From positions 19,157 to 83,156 of the forward strand of contig JAVYLQ010000001.1 of assembly GCA_038740615.1 (NCBI GenBank): a stretch of DNA of 64,000 bases, written 5' to 3'. A program made the translations under genes and the position numbers. Below the pieces are notes generated by a model. It was not told the DNA's origin. It saw only the letters and a program-made list of their open reading frames with translations, and did not search any database. Source of the DNA: Candidatus Anstonellales archaeon. GTDB lineage: Archaea; Micrarchaeota; Micrarchaeia; Anstonellales; J096. Shown piece after piece: positions 33,079 to 43,750 of this stretch (positions are counted from its first letter, which is position 1; each line of letters starts with the position of its first letter).

Positions 33079-34785
33079 ATGATTTTAAGATCACCTATAA
33101 TAAGTGTATTGGGTCATGTTGATCATGGTAAAACCAGTCTATTGGATAGAATAAGACAATCAAATATAGCTAGAAAAGAAGCTGGAGGGATAACTCAAAT
33201 GATAGGTGCAAGCTATCTATCTAAGGATTCAATAATTGCTCTATCTGGAGATTTTCTAAAGAGATGGAATTTTGAATTATTGATTCCAGGGTTATTATTC
33301 ATAGATACACCTGGCCATGAGGCATTTACATTATTGAGAGAACAAGGAGGGAGTATAGCTGACTTAGCTATACTTGTTATAGATATAAAACAGGGTATCC
33401 AACCTCAAACAGTAGAGAGTATAAACATACTCAGGAACTATAAGACTCCTTTTGTAGTTGCACTAACCAAAATAGATCTGATCAGTGGGTGGAAAAACTT
33501 AAGCGATAATATAATTAGTAACATAGAATTGCAGAATAGTATAACTAGGAAGGAATTTGAAGAATTAGTCTGGAGAAGAATTGGCGAATTAGCAGAACAG
33601 GGAATAAATGCAGATCTGTTTTTCAACATAAGAGACTTCACCAGAACCGCTGCAATTGTACCTGTATCATCAGTAACTGGGGAAGGATTCTCCGAATTGA
33701 TCGGATTGATATGTGGATTATCTCAGAGATTTCTCAGAAACTCACTACAGATAGAGTTAGATGAACCTACAGAGGGCACTATAATAGATTTGAAAAGAGA
33801 TTCTGGGGGGAATTATATTGATGTGATTATATATAAGGGCAAGTTAAGGAAAGGGGATACTATATACTCAATAGATCTATCAGGTAATATAAAGACAATA
33901 AAGGTCAGAGGTTTATTTATCCCAAATGTATCTTCAAATGATCCTAGAGATAGATATAAATCAATAGATCAGATAGCTGCTGCAGCCGGGGTTAGAATAG
34001 TAACTAATTCAATCGACGGATTGATGATAGGATTACCGATATCTAGTAAGACTAAGATAGATAACTATAACATAAATAGGATCTTAAAAGTGGACGACCA
34101 GGGTATAGTAGTGAAAACAGATTCTATTGGTAGCGCTGATGCATTCAGAAGACTTGTTGAGAAAGAAGGGATAAAAATAAGGAAAATAGGGGTTGGAAAC
34201 ATAAACAAAGATGATATAGAAATGGCATCAGCCATGAATGAATTAAACCCAGATTATGGTTTTGTAATAGGATTTAATGTGAACATATCCAGAGAGGATC
34301 TGGAATTTGCAGAGTCACATGGGGTTAAGATAATAATAGGAGATGTAATATACAGATTGATTGAATCCTACAAGGAGAGAGTTAGAGAGAAGCGCGAGAG
34401 GTTACTCCAGGAATTGATGCAGAAGGCCACTCCTCCAGCAAAGCTGTTTGTAATGAAAGATTACATATTCAGAATTAGTAAGCCTGCAATATTTGGTATT
34501 AGAGTTATTGAAGGGGAAATTAGGACGAATATGAGATTAATAAATAACCAAGGAGAGATTATCGGAGAGGTTGTAGGGATACAAAAGAATAAGATTCAGA
34601 TAAATTCTGCAAAGGCAGGAGAGGAAGTTGCAATAGCTGTAAATGGTGGTGAAATAGGAGATAATATACTACCAGATAGTTTTCTATGGAGTGATGTGAG
34701 TGATATTGATAAGTGGAGAGATATGATATCTCAAGAATTATATGAGGAATACAGAAGAATATTATTACTTAGAAAAATAAGATAG
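33079..34785 (+). CDS. infB: Translation initiation factor aIF5B (IF2)
   Basis: GHVDHGKT, EAGGITQ, DTPGHEAF, TKID. Confidence 0.96.
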   Translation: MILRSPIISVLGHVDHGKTSLLDRIRQSNIARKEAGGITQMIGASYLSKDSIIALSGDFLKRWNFELLIPGLLFIDTPGHEAFTLLREQGGSIADLAILVIDIKQGIQPQTVESINILRNYKTPFVVALTKIDLISGWKNLSDNIISNIELQNSITRKEFEELVWRRIGELAEQGINADLFFNIRDFTRTAAIVPVSSVTGEGFSELIGLICGLSQRFLRNSLQIELDEPTEGTIIDLKRDSGGNYIDVIIYKGKLRKGDTIYSIDLSGNIKTIKVRGLFIPNVSSNDPRDRYKSIDQIAAAAGVRIVTNSIDGLMIGLPISSKTKIDNYNINRILKVDDQGIVVKTDSIGSADAFRRLVEKEGIKIRKIGVGNINKDDIEMASAMNELNPDYGFVIGFNVNISREDLEFAESHGVKIIIGDVIYRLIESYKERVREKRERLLQELMQKATPPAKLFVMKDYIFRISKPAIFGIRVIEGEIRTNMRLINNQGEIIGEVVGIQKNKIQINSAKAGEEVAIAVNGGEIGDNILPDSFLWSDVSDIDKWRDMISQELYEEYRRILLLRKIR

Positions 34786-35271
34786 ATAGGGCTGAATTAG
34801 TTTCTGAAACACGCTGTAACGATTTATCTTTATGATAATCCATCTGCCCTGTTTAAGAACTATCTCAGGATACATACCTAGATTATTCAACAACCAAAAA
34901 TCCTGTGCATCCCCTAAGATTTCATTATCTTGTAGTTCTATCTTCTTAAGATTAGCTAGTTCTCTGGAAGCCTCATATAGACCTGCCAGATATGCTCCAG
35001 AGAATTCATTTAAGAATCTGAATTTTCTAATTCTTTCCCTCTCAATTCTCTTTATCATCCCCCTCCCTTTAGTTGTTCCTCTAATAATATAGCCATTTCC
35101 TAATTTGATGACTTCATATTTATCATGTGCTAGAAAAAACTTAACATACCAATCAATAAATTCTTTTGAATGAGTGCCTCTAATGCCTATCCCACCTTTA
35201 CCATATTTTAATAGATGCCACCATCCTACCATATAAGCGATATGAGGTTGAAACTTAACGCTTGAGGACAT
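34765..35271 (-). CDS. Hypothetical protein with degenerate double LAGLIDADG-like helices
   Basis: IAYMVGWW and AYLAGLYEAS helices, LLNNLG, F..LIQPYL ending. Confidence 0.5.
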   Translation of the reverse strand: MSSSVKFQPHIAYMVGWWHLLKYGKGGIGIRGTHSKEFIDWYVKFFLAHDKYEVIKLGNGYIIRGTTKGRGMIKRIERERIRKFRFLNEFSGAYLAGLYEASRELANLKKIELQDNEILGDAQDFWLLNNLGMYPEIVLKQGRWIIIKINRYSVFQKLIQPYLSYFSK

Positions 35272-35764
35272 TTTCCTCTTTCTTCTCTTGGGTCTGTTGC
35301 TGTTGAGTGGATACAGAAGTTTTCTGTGGTTGAGATAATCTCATTTTCAACTCAGTAGTATTAGCCAGTATCCTCTCACCTAATAACTGATCAAAGTTAG
35401 CAATAAATCTATCTGCTGTCTTATTACCATCCAAACCAATTGAATTAAACACATCCACCAATTCCTTACGCTCTGCCTCTGTAAATGGCTGTTGATTGCT
35501 CTCTATATTCTGTATAGCTCTACTGAATATTCTTTCGATCTTATCTAAATTCTGATTTAATTTCTCTCTATCTAATAATTTAGTCTGAGGATCTTTGGAT
35601 GAAATAATGAATGCTGATATAAGAGCGATACTTGAGATCTCTATCTGCTTTATTCTCTGTGATAAGATACTATTTATTATAGATATATCTTTCTTAGATG
35701 CACCTCCTTTTTGCAGAGCTGATAGGATTCTGTTTTTAAATTCATTCAAATTCATGCTGATCAA
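35255..35764 (-). CDS. Hypothetical helical protein with Q-rich tail
   Basis: 169-aa ORF tightly packed between the ACT and LAGLIDADG-like genes. Confidence 0.6.
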   Translation of the reverse strand: MISMNLNEFKNRILSALQKGGASKKDISIINSILSQRIKQIEISSIALISAFIISSKDPQTKLLDREKLNQNLDKIERIFSRAIQNIESNQQPFTEAERKELVDVFNSIGLDGNKTADRFIANFDQLLGERILANTTELKMRLSQPQKTSVSTQQQQTQEKKEENVLKR

Positions 35765-35766
35765 TA

Positions 35767-36186
35767 TTATTTTAGATTATTTTTTAAAAGGTTCAGTAAT
35801 GCATCTGCACTAATCTCAGAAGGCTGCAATGCTACATCAGTATACTTTCCATCTCGGTATATAATATAAGTAGTTTCAATATCAACATTCAATCTCCTTA
35901 ATCTTTCCATTAGATTTGCCAGACTACCAGGTTTATCCTCCATCCTAATAACCACTATCTCTTTAGAATCAATACTCTTAATATATGGGATTTTTATCAG
36001 CTCTCTCCTAGCAGTATCATGATCTGTGGTTACTAATCTAAACACCGCCTCCCAATCGGAAACATAAGCGAATATAGAATCTATATTAATACCTGCTTTT
36101 GATAATCTATAGGAAATCTCATGTAATACTCCAACTTTGTTCTCACTAACAACCACAAGCTCTTTCTCTTTCCTCACTTTATCCAT
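35767..36186 (-). CDS. Tandem ACT-domain protein
   Basis: ENKVGVL...AGINI and EDKPGSL...NVDI repeats. Confidence 0.85.
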   Translation of the reverse strand: MDKVRKEKELVVVSENKVGVLHEISYRLSKAGINIDSIFAYVSDWEAVFRLVTTDHDTARRELIKIPYIKSIDSKEIVVIRMEDKPGSLANLMERLRRLNVDIETTYIIYRDGKYTDVALQPSEISADALLNLLKNNLK

Positions 36187-36238
36187 GATTTATAATTGTT
36201 AGTTCATATTTTTAAAGCATACTATAATATAGAATATA

Positions 36239-36994
36239 ATGCTACTCATACTAGGTCTATTAGCACTATTACTAAGCTCCTATAGCTTGGATGCCGAGTT
36301 GTTATCATTAGAGGTTAATGTATATCTAAATCCGGATCTTACACTCCAGGTAACAGAACAATACAGGATAATTGTTTATAATATAGAAAAATACGTGGAA
36401 TTGTCTAGTAGTAAAAATGCTACCATATCAGATTGGAGGGATTTTATAAATGATCCTAGATTCGGTTTCCATATATCTGGTGATGGGATATTCCGAGAAA
36501 ATCTACAGATAGATACATCTCAGATATATCTGAAGAATTATAGATCTGGTTTTGCAGATATAACTATAAAATATAATATGAAGGGGTTTAATAGAGATTA
36601 TGGAGTATTCTATGTGAAAAACACTTCTCCAAGATATGAGATCATCGAGTTGAATCCAAACTATTTAACATTCACCAGAACAGGTAATAGATATATTCTA
36701 CTCAGTAGTAGTGAAGCAATAAGATTTAGATTTCATCCTAGCTTTTCAATAATAGAGATACAACCAGCACCCATATCGGAAGGAGATACGCATACGTGGA
36801 CAAATACAGTTCTGAATAATCCAAGAATAATTCTAAGGAGATCTATATCGTATGATCAATTAGTGATTGAAGGAATATTAGAGATATATTCTAAAGCCCT
36901 AACAATATTATCTTCAACTGTATCGATAACATATATAATTATAACATTGATATTTATGATATTAACTGTTAAGGTGGTTCGAGATGATAAATAG
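36239..36994 (+). CDS. Hypothetical surface protein (signal peptide plus C-terminal TM anchor)
   Basis: Hydrophobic N- and C-termini around a beta-rich middle. Confidence 0.6.
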   Translation: MLLILGLLALLLSSYSLDAELLSLEVNVYLNPDLTLQVTEQYRIIVYNIEKYVELSSSKNATISDWRDFINDPRFGFHISGDGIFRENLQIDTSQIYLKNYRSGFADITIKYNMKGFNRDYGVFYVKNTSPRYEIIELNPNYLTFTRTGNRYILLSSSEAIRFRFHPSFSIIEIQPAPISEGDTHTWTNTVLNNPRIILRRSISYDQLVIEGILEIYSKALTILSSTVSITYIIITLIFMILTVKVVRDDK

Positions 36995-38210
36995 ATCAGA
37001 ATATAATTTTCTGCTAAAGATCAGTAATGGTCAGTGGTGGAAAGATAGTGATATTGATAGCAATTTAGATTTCGTTAGAAGAACCGGATATTTCCTGAGT
37101 AGAAAGGGATTAGTTGAAATGCAAGAGCACATTTCTCAAAAAGTAGAATTAGATAGGAGAGGTTTGGAGGCAAAACAGATTATATTAGGATTAGAAGATG
37201 GAACAGATATACAAAATATACCAAGTTACATTATAGGAATTCTTAAAGAGAGTGGTATGTTAGAGGGTAGAAAGTTCAGAAAAATAGATACTAATTTAGA
37301 CCAGGTACTCCTGAGAAGATTTGGTAAAGTTATAGATGAAAAATATTATAGCTATAGGATAACAGATCTTGGCAAGAAGATGATCGATAATTGGAAAGAG
37401 AGTGAGTATATAATAAGTATAGACTCTCTAAAGAGCCAGAACATACAAATACCTTATATAGATGTGAACACTATAGAAACTATAAATATATCAAGAACAC
37501 ATATCATAACACGATGGAAAAGAAAGATTGCTAAGATATTCTATGAACTTGGATTCAAGGAGATGAGCGGAGATTATATACAGATGTCCTTGTGGAATTT
37601 TGATGCACTATTTCAACCTCAAGACCATCCATCCAGAGAACTGGCAGATACATTCTATTTGAGTAGAAAGAGAAGGGCAGATATTGATACATCAATTATA
37701 CAGAAGGAGCATCAAGAATATTGGAGATATGAATGGGATATATCTGAAGCAGAGAAATTGGTGCTCAGAACTCATACAACAACGCTATCTGCCATTACAT
37801 TATATAAAAACAAACATGGTAAATACTTCTCCATAGGCAAGGTTTTTAGAAATGAGGCAATTGATTACAAACATCTAGCAGAATTTCATCAAATAGAGGG
37901 AATAATCGCAGATACTAGCATGAATTTCAACTATCTTCTAGGTTTTCTTGAAGAGTTCTATAAGAGATTAGGTTTAGAAAGAATTAGATTCAGACCGAGC
38001 TATTTCCCTTATACAGAACCCAGTCTAGAGATCGAAGCCTACTTTCCTCAGAAAGATGCATGGATAGAGGTTGGTGGTGCTGGTATATTCAGAGAACAAG
38101 TATCAAAGATACTAGGATGCGTTTATCCTGTAGGAGCATTTGGTCTAAGTCTAGAGAGAACCATAATGCTGTTTGAGGGTATCGAAGATATTAGATTATT
38201 ATATGATTAA
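36984..38210 (+). CDS. pheS: Phenylalanine-tRNA ligase alpha subunit
   Basis: WNFDALFQPQDHP, LRTHTT, FRNEAID, EFHQIEG, FPYTEPS. Confidence 0.96.
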   Translation: MINRSEYNFLLKISNGQWWKDSDIDSNLDFVRRTGYFLSRKGLVEMQEHISQKVELDRRGLEAKQIILGLEDGTDIQNIPSYIIGILKESGMLEGRKFRKIDTNLDQVLLRRFGKVIDEKYYSYRITDLGKKMIDNWKESEYIISIDSLKSQNIQIPYIDVNTIETINISRTHIITRWKRKIAKIFYELGFKEMSGDYIQMSLWNFDALFQPQDHPSRELADTFYLSRKRRADIDTSIIQKEHQEYWRYEWDISEAEKLVLRTHTTTLSAITLYKNKHGKYFSIGKVFRNEAIDYKHLAEFHQIEGIIADTSMNFNYLLGFLEEFYKRLGLERIRFRPSYFPYTEPSLEIEAYFPQKDAWIEVGGAGIFREQVSKILGCVYPVGAFGLSLERTIMLFEGIEDIRLLYD

Positions 38211-38989
38211 ACATCCATAACAATTCTCAACATATTCCTTGTACCTACTCCTAATCCTAAAATTGCAGCAATACTCAATATGATTCTCCTATCATCATCA
38301 TTTAGACCCACTCTCTGATAGTATCGATCAATTACAAATACAAGAGCTAGTTTAAGAACATAGAACACTAAATATGATAAATTATCCCCTATTAATCCAG
38401 ATAGCACATGTTTTTCTGCATATTTCCCCACTAGCTCAATTCCTATAAAAGTAGATCCACCATCCAAACCTTGCCCAAAATATGCATAGAATTGCAATCC
38501 TGTATTCGATAATAGAACAGCTGGAATATATGCCATTACTATAGCTAGAAAACCCGCAAGATTGTGAATGTTCGGCAATACTAAGAATACGTGAAATGCT
38601 AACAAACTATATCCTATAACTGATGTAAGCTTCTTAAGATTATATCTCAATTCTAGATAGTAGATAAAAATAAACAGACTTGCCATCACAAGATATATCC
38701 CAGGGGTTACATTCCAGAATGAATATTGATATAAACTATATATCCCATCTGCTCTTTTACCACTATCTACCAGATCCACTATAGCTCTTATAACCCCGCC
38801 AGTAATAGCATATGGAATGGCAGAATTAAACATGTCATTATCTAGCATCTTTATTCCTCTCCTCTGAAAATACTGTGATAGTAAATAGAGGGCAACTATT
38901 GCAATAATCGCATATACAATAGTATTGTATATATTATAACTTTCTCTCATTAATATAGGAGATATAAAATACTTATCTATAAAGTCCAT
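38207..38989 (-). CDS. DUF63 family membrane protein
   Basis: YNIYNTIVY, VTPGIY, LDGGSTF, YAEKHV, LGLGVGTRNMLR. Confidence 0.8.
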   Translation of the reverse strand: MDFIDKYFISPILMRESYNIYNTIVYAIIAIVALYLLSQYFQRRGIKMLDNDMFNSAIPYAITGGVIRAIVDLVDSGKRADGIYSLYQYSFWNVTPGIYLVMASLFIFIYYLELRYNLKKLTSVIGYSLLAFHVFLVLPNIHNLAGFLAIVMAYIPAVLLSNTGLQFYAYFGQGLDGGSTFIGIELVGKYAEKHVLSGLIGDNLSYLVFYVLKLALVFVIDRYYQRVGLNDDDRRIILSIAAILGLGVGTRNMLRIVMDV

Positions 38990-38991
38990 GT

Positions 38992-39969
38992 TTAAATTCC
39001 AGATATCATTTTTAAATATACTAAAACTACCAACCATGCAGATGTTATAAGTATCTGAGCAAAGATAATTACAAATACCAGATTCTGCTCTGTTATACCT
39101 CCCGCTAATTTCATTATCATCTGAGGTAAACTTATAGGTCGGTCTGGACTGTACAATTTTCCATCAACATATTTCCCCCACCAACCCTTGGATGGAAGCC
39201 CATTTAGAATCTTTATTATTCCATCTAATCCATATAGCATGAATATAGGTATAGTCAGAGATTCAAAGTTATCTAATATTAATGCTGTAACTATCAATCC
39301 CCCTATAATCAGAGTTCCCGTGTCTCCTGGAAATACTTTGGAAGGATATCTATTAAATATCAGAAATGCTGTAGACGCACCTAACAGAACTAGACCTGAT
39401 ATAATGATTAGATCCTTACCATATATAAATCCCACTACAATAAGAAAGATTGAATTTACTATTGCTAATGAATACTCTAGACCATTGAAACCGGCTAAGA
39501 TATTCGTTAGATTTGCTGCGCCAGTATACATAATTGGCAATACAAAAAATACATATAAAAATCCCAGATCTATTGTCCCTATCCCCGGAATTGTGATATT
39601 AGTATCTATTAAAGAACTATAGATTATTAGAGGAATTGCCCCAATTATCGGCAATATAAACTTTACCCATTTGGGGATATCCAGTAGATCATCTATAATC
39701 CCTACCAACCCTACCAGAAGGACAGAATATATTAGCACAATAATTCTTATATCAAATCCATTGAATACACTATAAATTGCTGCTAAGATAGATAAAGCCA
39801 GAGTTATCCCTAACAATACTCCCAATCCCCCCATCTCAGCTACCTCTGGTTGATCTGGTTTATTCACATCTCTCCCCACTATCCCTTCAGCCTTAAGTCT
39901 TGGTATGGCCCATTTTAGAAACAGATAGGTAATAACAAATGATATAGGTGCCACCAGATACAATATCAT
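38992..39969 (-). CDS. UDP-GlcNAc:dolichol-phosphate GlcNAc-1-P transferase (AglH / MraY-GPT family)
   Basis: GRDVNK, VAEMGG, GIIDD, NILAGFNGLE, PSKVFPGDTG. Confidence 0.9.
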   Translation of the reverse strand: MILYLVAPISFVITYLFLKWAIPRLKAEGIVGRDVNKPDQPEVAEMGGLGVLLGITLALSILAAIYSVFNGFDIRIIVLIYSVLLVGLVGIIDDLLDIPKWVKFILPIIGAIPLIIYSSLIDTNITIPGIGTIDLGFLYVFFVLPIMYTGAANLTNILAGFNGLEYSLAIVNSIFLIVVGFIYGKDLIIISGLVLLGASTAFLIFNRYPSKVFPGDTGTLIIGGLIVTALILDNFESLTIPIFMLYGLDGIIKILNGLPSKGWWGKYVDGKLYSPDRPISLPQMIMKLAGGITEQNLVFVIIFAQILITSAWLVVLVYLKMISGI

Positions 39970-41183
39970 CTGATTTCCCTCAATAATTCTTTAGCATATT
40001 CATATGAAAATCTATTATTCTTCACCATTTCATTAACTATTCTATCTATCTCCTCTCCCTTAGCACCTACCGAGATAGCTATATTCCTAGCATGCAATTT
40101 CATGTGTCCTCTTTGAATACCTTCTATAGCCAGATGATAGTTAGCTCCAAAATTGTTAGCTAATCCTACTGCAGCCATTAATATAGCAAGATCTCCAGAA
40201 TTCTTCACATTAGATAATTCCAGCAAAGTTCTAGCATGATTTAGTGATTTGATACTACCGCCAACAGTACCTACAGCTATAGGAACCTCTATCTTCCCAT
40301 GTAATTTTCCATCTTCATACCAGAAATTCGTCAGAGACAGTTGGAAATAATTCGAATATGTGTGTATCGCTGCTTCTATTGCCCTCCAATCCTGACCATA
40401 AGCAAGAGCCGCTGCAGATATTCCATTCATTATACCCTTATTATAGGTAGTTTTCCTGTAGATATCTGATTGAGCTAGAGATATGACATCTAAGATATCA
40501 CTAATTGCCTGTTGGTAATCTATTCCTTTACTCTCTATATCAGCTCTCAGCTTATCCCCCCAACTGGCTCTAACAATAGCTCTTCTATAGATGGATAGAT
40601 TGGACAGGATTTTGAGAGTTGCTCTTCTTCCAGTGATATTCTGTATATCATCGGCGATTTCTTCAAGAAAGGAGTTTACTATGTTTGCGCCCATTGCATC
40701 TCCAACGTTTATTCTAAACTCTAATCTAGTGAATTCACCTCTTGTATTAGCTAGATCATCTACTTTCAAGTCCACAAAACCCCCTCCATACTTCTCCAAT
40801 CTACGCAATTTCTCTCTCGCCAATTTTTCTATATCTACTAGATGATCTCTAATTATCTTTGCAATTGATGGATTAGATTTTATGTACACATGACCTAACA
40901 TAATAGAACCAGTATATTCTCCAAAGAAGCCATCGGATAGTTTGAATGCTTTATTAGCTGCAGCTACTACTGATGGTTCCTCTACACTTAAGAAGATGAT
41001 TCTATCTTGGTTATTTACACTTCCAAAAACAACTCCTAAAGGTAGAGTAATTCTACCCACGACATTCTCAATCATACTATTCATAGTTTCCAGATCTGTT
41101 TCCAGTTCTCCAAACTGTTTACCTACTAAACTCTCCAGATATTCCCTCCTCTCCTGAATTGACATATCTCTAAACTTTTTCAT
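39966..41183 (-). CDS. mvaA: HMG-CoA reductase, class II
   Basis: IENVVG, EEPSVVAAA, DAMGAN, ILSN, NKGIMNGI, GQDWRA, GIQRGHMKLHA. Confidence 0.93.
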   Translation of the reverse strand: MKKFRDMSIQERREYLESLVGKQFGELETDLETMNSMIENVVGRITLPLGVVFGSVNNQDRIIFLSVEEPSVVAAANKAFKLSDGFFGEYTGSIMLGHVYIKSNPSIAKIIRDHLVDIEKLAREKLRRLEKYGGGFVDLKVDDLANTRGEFTRLEFRINVGDAMGANIVNSFLEEIADDIQNITGRRATLKILSNLSIYRRAIVRASWGDKLRADIESKGIDYQQAISDILDVISLAQSDIYRKTTYNKGIMNGISAAALAYGQDWRAIEAAIHTYSNYFQLSLTNFWYEDGKLHGKIEVPIAVGTVGGSIKSLNHARTLLELSNVKNSGDLAILMAAVGLANNFGANYHLAIEGIQRGHMKLHARNIAISVGAKGEEIDRIVNEMVKNNRFSYEYAKELLREIR

Positions 41184-41704
41184 CTTTCCAGATACACCTC
41201 AGTATTATAATCGATAGATAGAGTATTAGAGTTATACACAGCATTTTTGATTATAATCTCTCTATTTATATATCTAGATAGAGTATCTAACCATCCGTCA
41301 GATATCTTCAGATTTATCTCTCGCTTTCTAGTCTTAAGTTTCATTATTCCATTATCGATTATAAGCTTTCCCTTTAGTATTGGAATAATTCCGTCGCTAA
41401 TCTTTATCTTCATAGGTTTCCTATCAATCATAAGTTCGCCCCTAACAATCAGAGTATTATTTTTCTTGTAGAAATTCCTAAACCATATTATATCTCCTTC
41501 AAGAATATGTAACGATATCCCTTGGATCTTACATAAAAACCCGTCCCCAAAAACCATAATGTAATCTGGCTTTTCAATAATTTTCTCAACCTTAATATGA
41601 GTGTAAACTCTGTACTTTGCATCAGGAAAATTGATCAGAGTAGCCGGGGAGATAACCTTGGGAGCCAGTCGCATCATGTCAAAATAGCTATCAATATCCA
41701 TCAT
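41180..41704 (-). CDS. Hypothetical protein, possibly two OB folds (RPA/SSB-like)
   Basis: Two beta-rich repeats ending GDIIWFRNFY..NNTL and EIIIKNAVY.SNTL. Confidence 0.4.
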   Translation of the reverse strand: MMDIDSYFDMMRLAPKVISPATLINFPDAKYRVYTHIKVEKIIEKPDYIMVFGDGFLCKIQGISLHILEGDIIWFRNFYKKNNTLIVRGELMIDRKPMKIKISDGIIPILKGKLIIDNGIMKLKTRKREINLKISDGWLDTLSRYINREIIIKNAVYNSNTLSIDYNTEVYLER

Positions 41705-41755
41705 TAACTTAACAGATTCAAAAAGCTATTTAAAAATATTTGATTAGAATTAGCT

Positions 41756-42661
41756 ATGGATAGAAAAATCACAAACTACGTACCTTTTCAGACGCCAATA
41801 GCAAGGCTAAAATCCATCCAGAGACAATCAATAATGAAAAGATACAATAAACTTGAGGATTTTCAGATATCTATATTTGATCTGAGAGATATGATTGAGA
41901 GGTTGATAAGAGATGTTAGAATTGAATATCCTTCGAATATAAATAATAGAAAAATAGCATTCTTTTTCTATATCGCTAAAATAAGAAATTTTCTGAAGAG
42001 CGAGAGTTTTTTACCCGATCTAACTATGCTAACGTTTCTTGAATCACTATCCAGATCTGCTAAGAATGGTAATAAATTTGTAATAATTGTGGAAAATGAA
42101 TTTTTTGATCCGAATGTTCTAAACATCTCTTACAATACCTACTCTCAATCAATGAAATGGATTGACCTATTCAGAGAATTTGATTTCTTCAAGAACCTAG
42201 AATTCATATCGATGGCGGAATTAAATGAGGATATAGAAGATTTTGAAATAGTATTCGAAGAGACCAAATCAGAGATATCTGTAAATAGAGATGATGAAGT
42301 TTATAGAGTACTAAGAGATTCTGTGAGTTTTAAAAGTCTAGATCATGCTCTGAAGTATTACTCTAAGGAGAGTACTCTAACTAGAGTTGATAAAATATAT
42401 ATAAACTATATGTCTTTCATTGAAGCTAGAGCCAAAGTGGATTATTGGAATAGATTAATTTCTAAATATAAGTGGGTTAGAGCTACTGTTAGTAAAAAAC
42501 AGGGAATAGTGTATATAGAACCTACTGTCTTCAATATTCCTGCTGCACATTCCATATTTAATGCAAGGGTTCTAAGAGATAGTTACCTGATTGATGAACT
42601 CTACTATAAAAAAATAAACTACAGGGTAAAAGTTGATAATAATGTAATGTATTATTTCTGA
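41756..42661 (+). CDS. Hypothetical protein, PvcA/Dit1 (isonitrile synthase)-like
   Basis: KIAFFF..K..N..K...LPDL, FVIIVENEFF, VRATVSKK, PAAHSI in PvcA-like order. Confidence 0.5.
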   Translation: MDRKITNYVPFQTPIARLKSIQRQSIMKRYNKLEDFQISIFDLRDMIERLIRDVRIEYPSNINNRKIAFFFYIAKIRNFLKSESFLPDLTMLTFLESLSRSAKNGNKFVIIVENEFFDPNVLNISYNTYSQSMKWIDLFREFDFFKNLEFISMAELNEDIEDFEIVFEETKSEISVNRDDEVYRVLRDSVSFKSLDHALKYYSKESTLTRVDKIYINYMSFIEARAKVDYWNRLISKYKWVRATVSKKQGIVYIEPTVFNIPAAHSIFNARVLRDSYLIDELYYKKINYRVKVDNNVMYYF

Positions 42662-43728
42662 GACTGTTTATCAATGGTGGTCTTCTTGAAAATGTGCTCA
42701 AATAATGAGATTGTATCTAGATCCTCTGTAAATGTAAATACACCAACTTTTACATTTCCATCACTCATAATATGATGGTAAACTCTCATACCCTTTTCTT
42801 TTATAGATGTAAACAGATCGATGAGGGGAACTACATATAGAGAACTATTCTTGAATACTGCTACACCATAATTAGGATTCCTATCCCCAGGTGTCTTGAG
42901 TTCATATCTATCGTGCTCTCTCTTACCAGTAATAGTTATGTGCAATAGTTCTTTAGGTATCTCTCTAAGTTCTCCAAGTACAAGAGACTGAGCAGCTATT
43001 AGGTATCTTGTTATAGTATCGGCTAATTCTGGATCATCTACCCATCTATTAACTCGTTCTCTTATTATATTATAATTTTGATGACTCTGGTCTATCTGCC
43101 TGAACCTATTTAATATCTTATCCTCAACATTTGTCTCATCTTTTAGCCATTTGATATTATCACAATACATTACTTCATATTTTTCAGTATGTTCAATATT
43201 ATATTTGGATTTAAGTTCCTTTACGTCCTTATCATCTACAGGAGATCTGAGTATTGGATATCTATGTTGATTTTCATTCCAATCCTTCAAGATATATCTG
43301 CTCTCATCAGCTACAATCAATCTCTTTCCTGCCAATTGTGCAAACAGGGCAAACTTGGTGTAGAGTAAATAATCTAACACAGACATTATACCTAACAGAT
43401 CATAAGTTGAAACATGTGGGGCAACAGCTTTGGAGTAATAGAATAGAATAAATCCTTCCCTATCCAGATCTTCGTCTTTTATCTCCCCAGAATCTTTCAT
43501 CTTACCCCAGTTTAGAAATCTGGCCTTCTTATGTTTAATCTGCTTTTCACTAATCGGTTGATATTGATTGAGAGCATGAATTATTATGCCTTTTAGTACA
43601 GAACTGGGGGAAATATCTTGCTCTATAGTAATTATTCTTCCCTCCTTAACCAGCTTGCAATACTGTTCTTTGATCTGCTCTTTCTTCTCGCTTAAATAAC
43701 TCTGATACTTTTCTAAAATTTCTTTCAT
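42652..43728 (-). CDS. Hypothetical protein, distant PvcA/Dit1-like
   Basis: ILFYYSK, LIVADES, LHITITGK, PNYGVAVF. Confidence 0.4.
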   Translation of the reverse strand: MKEILEKYQSYLSEKKEQIKEQYCKLVKEGRIITIEQDISPSSVLKGIIIHALNQYQPISEKQIKHKKARFLNWGKMKDSGEIKDEDLDREGFILFYYSKAVAPHVSTYDLLGIMSVLDYLLYTKFALFAQLAGKRLIVADESRYILKDWNENQHRYPILRSPVDDKDVKELKSKYNIEHTEKYEVMYCDNIKWLKDETNVEDKILNRFRQIDQSHQNYNIIRERVNRWVDDPELADTITRYLIAAQSLVLGELREIPKELLHITITGKREHDRYELKTPGDRNPNYGVAVFKNSSLYVVPLIDLFTSIKEKGMRVYHHIMSDGNVKVGVFTFTEDLDTISLFEHIFKKTTIDKQSQK

Positions 43729-43750
43729 ATTTATATTTACATAGATATGT

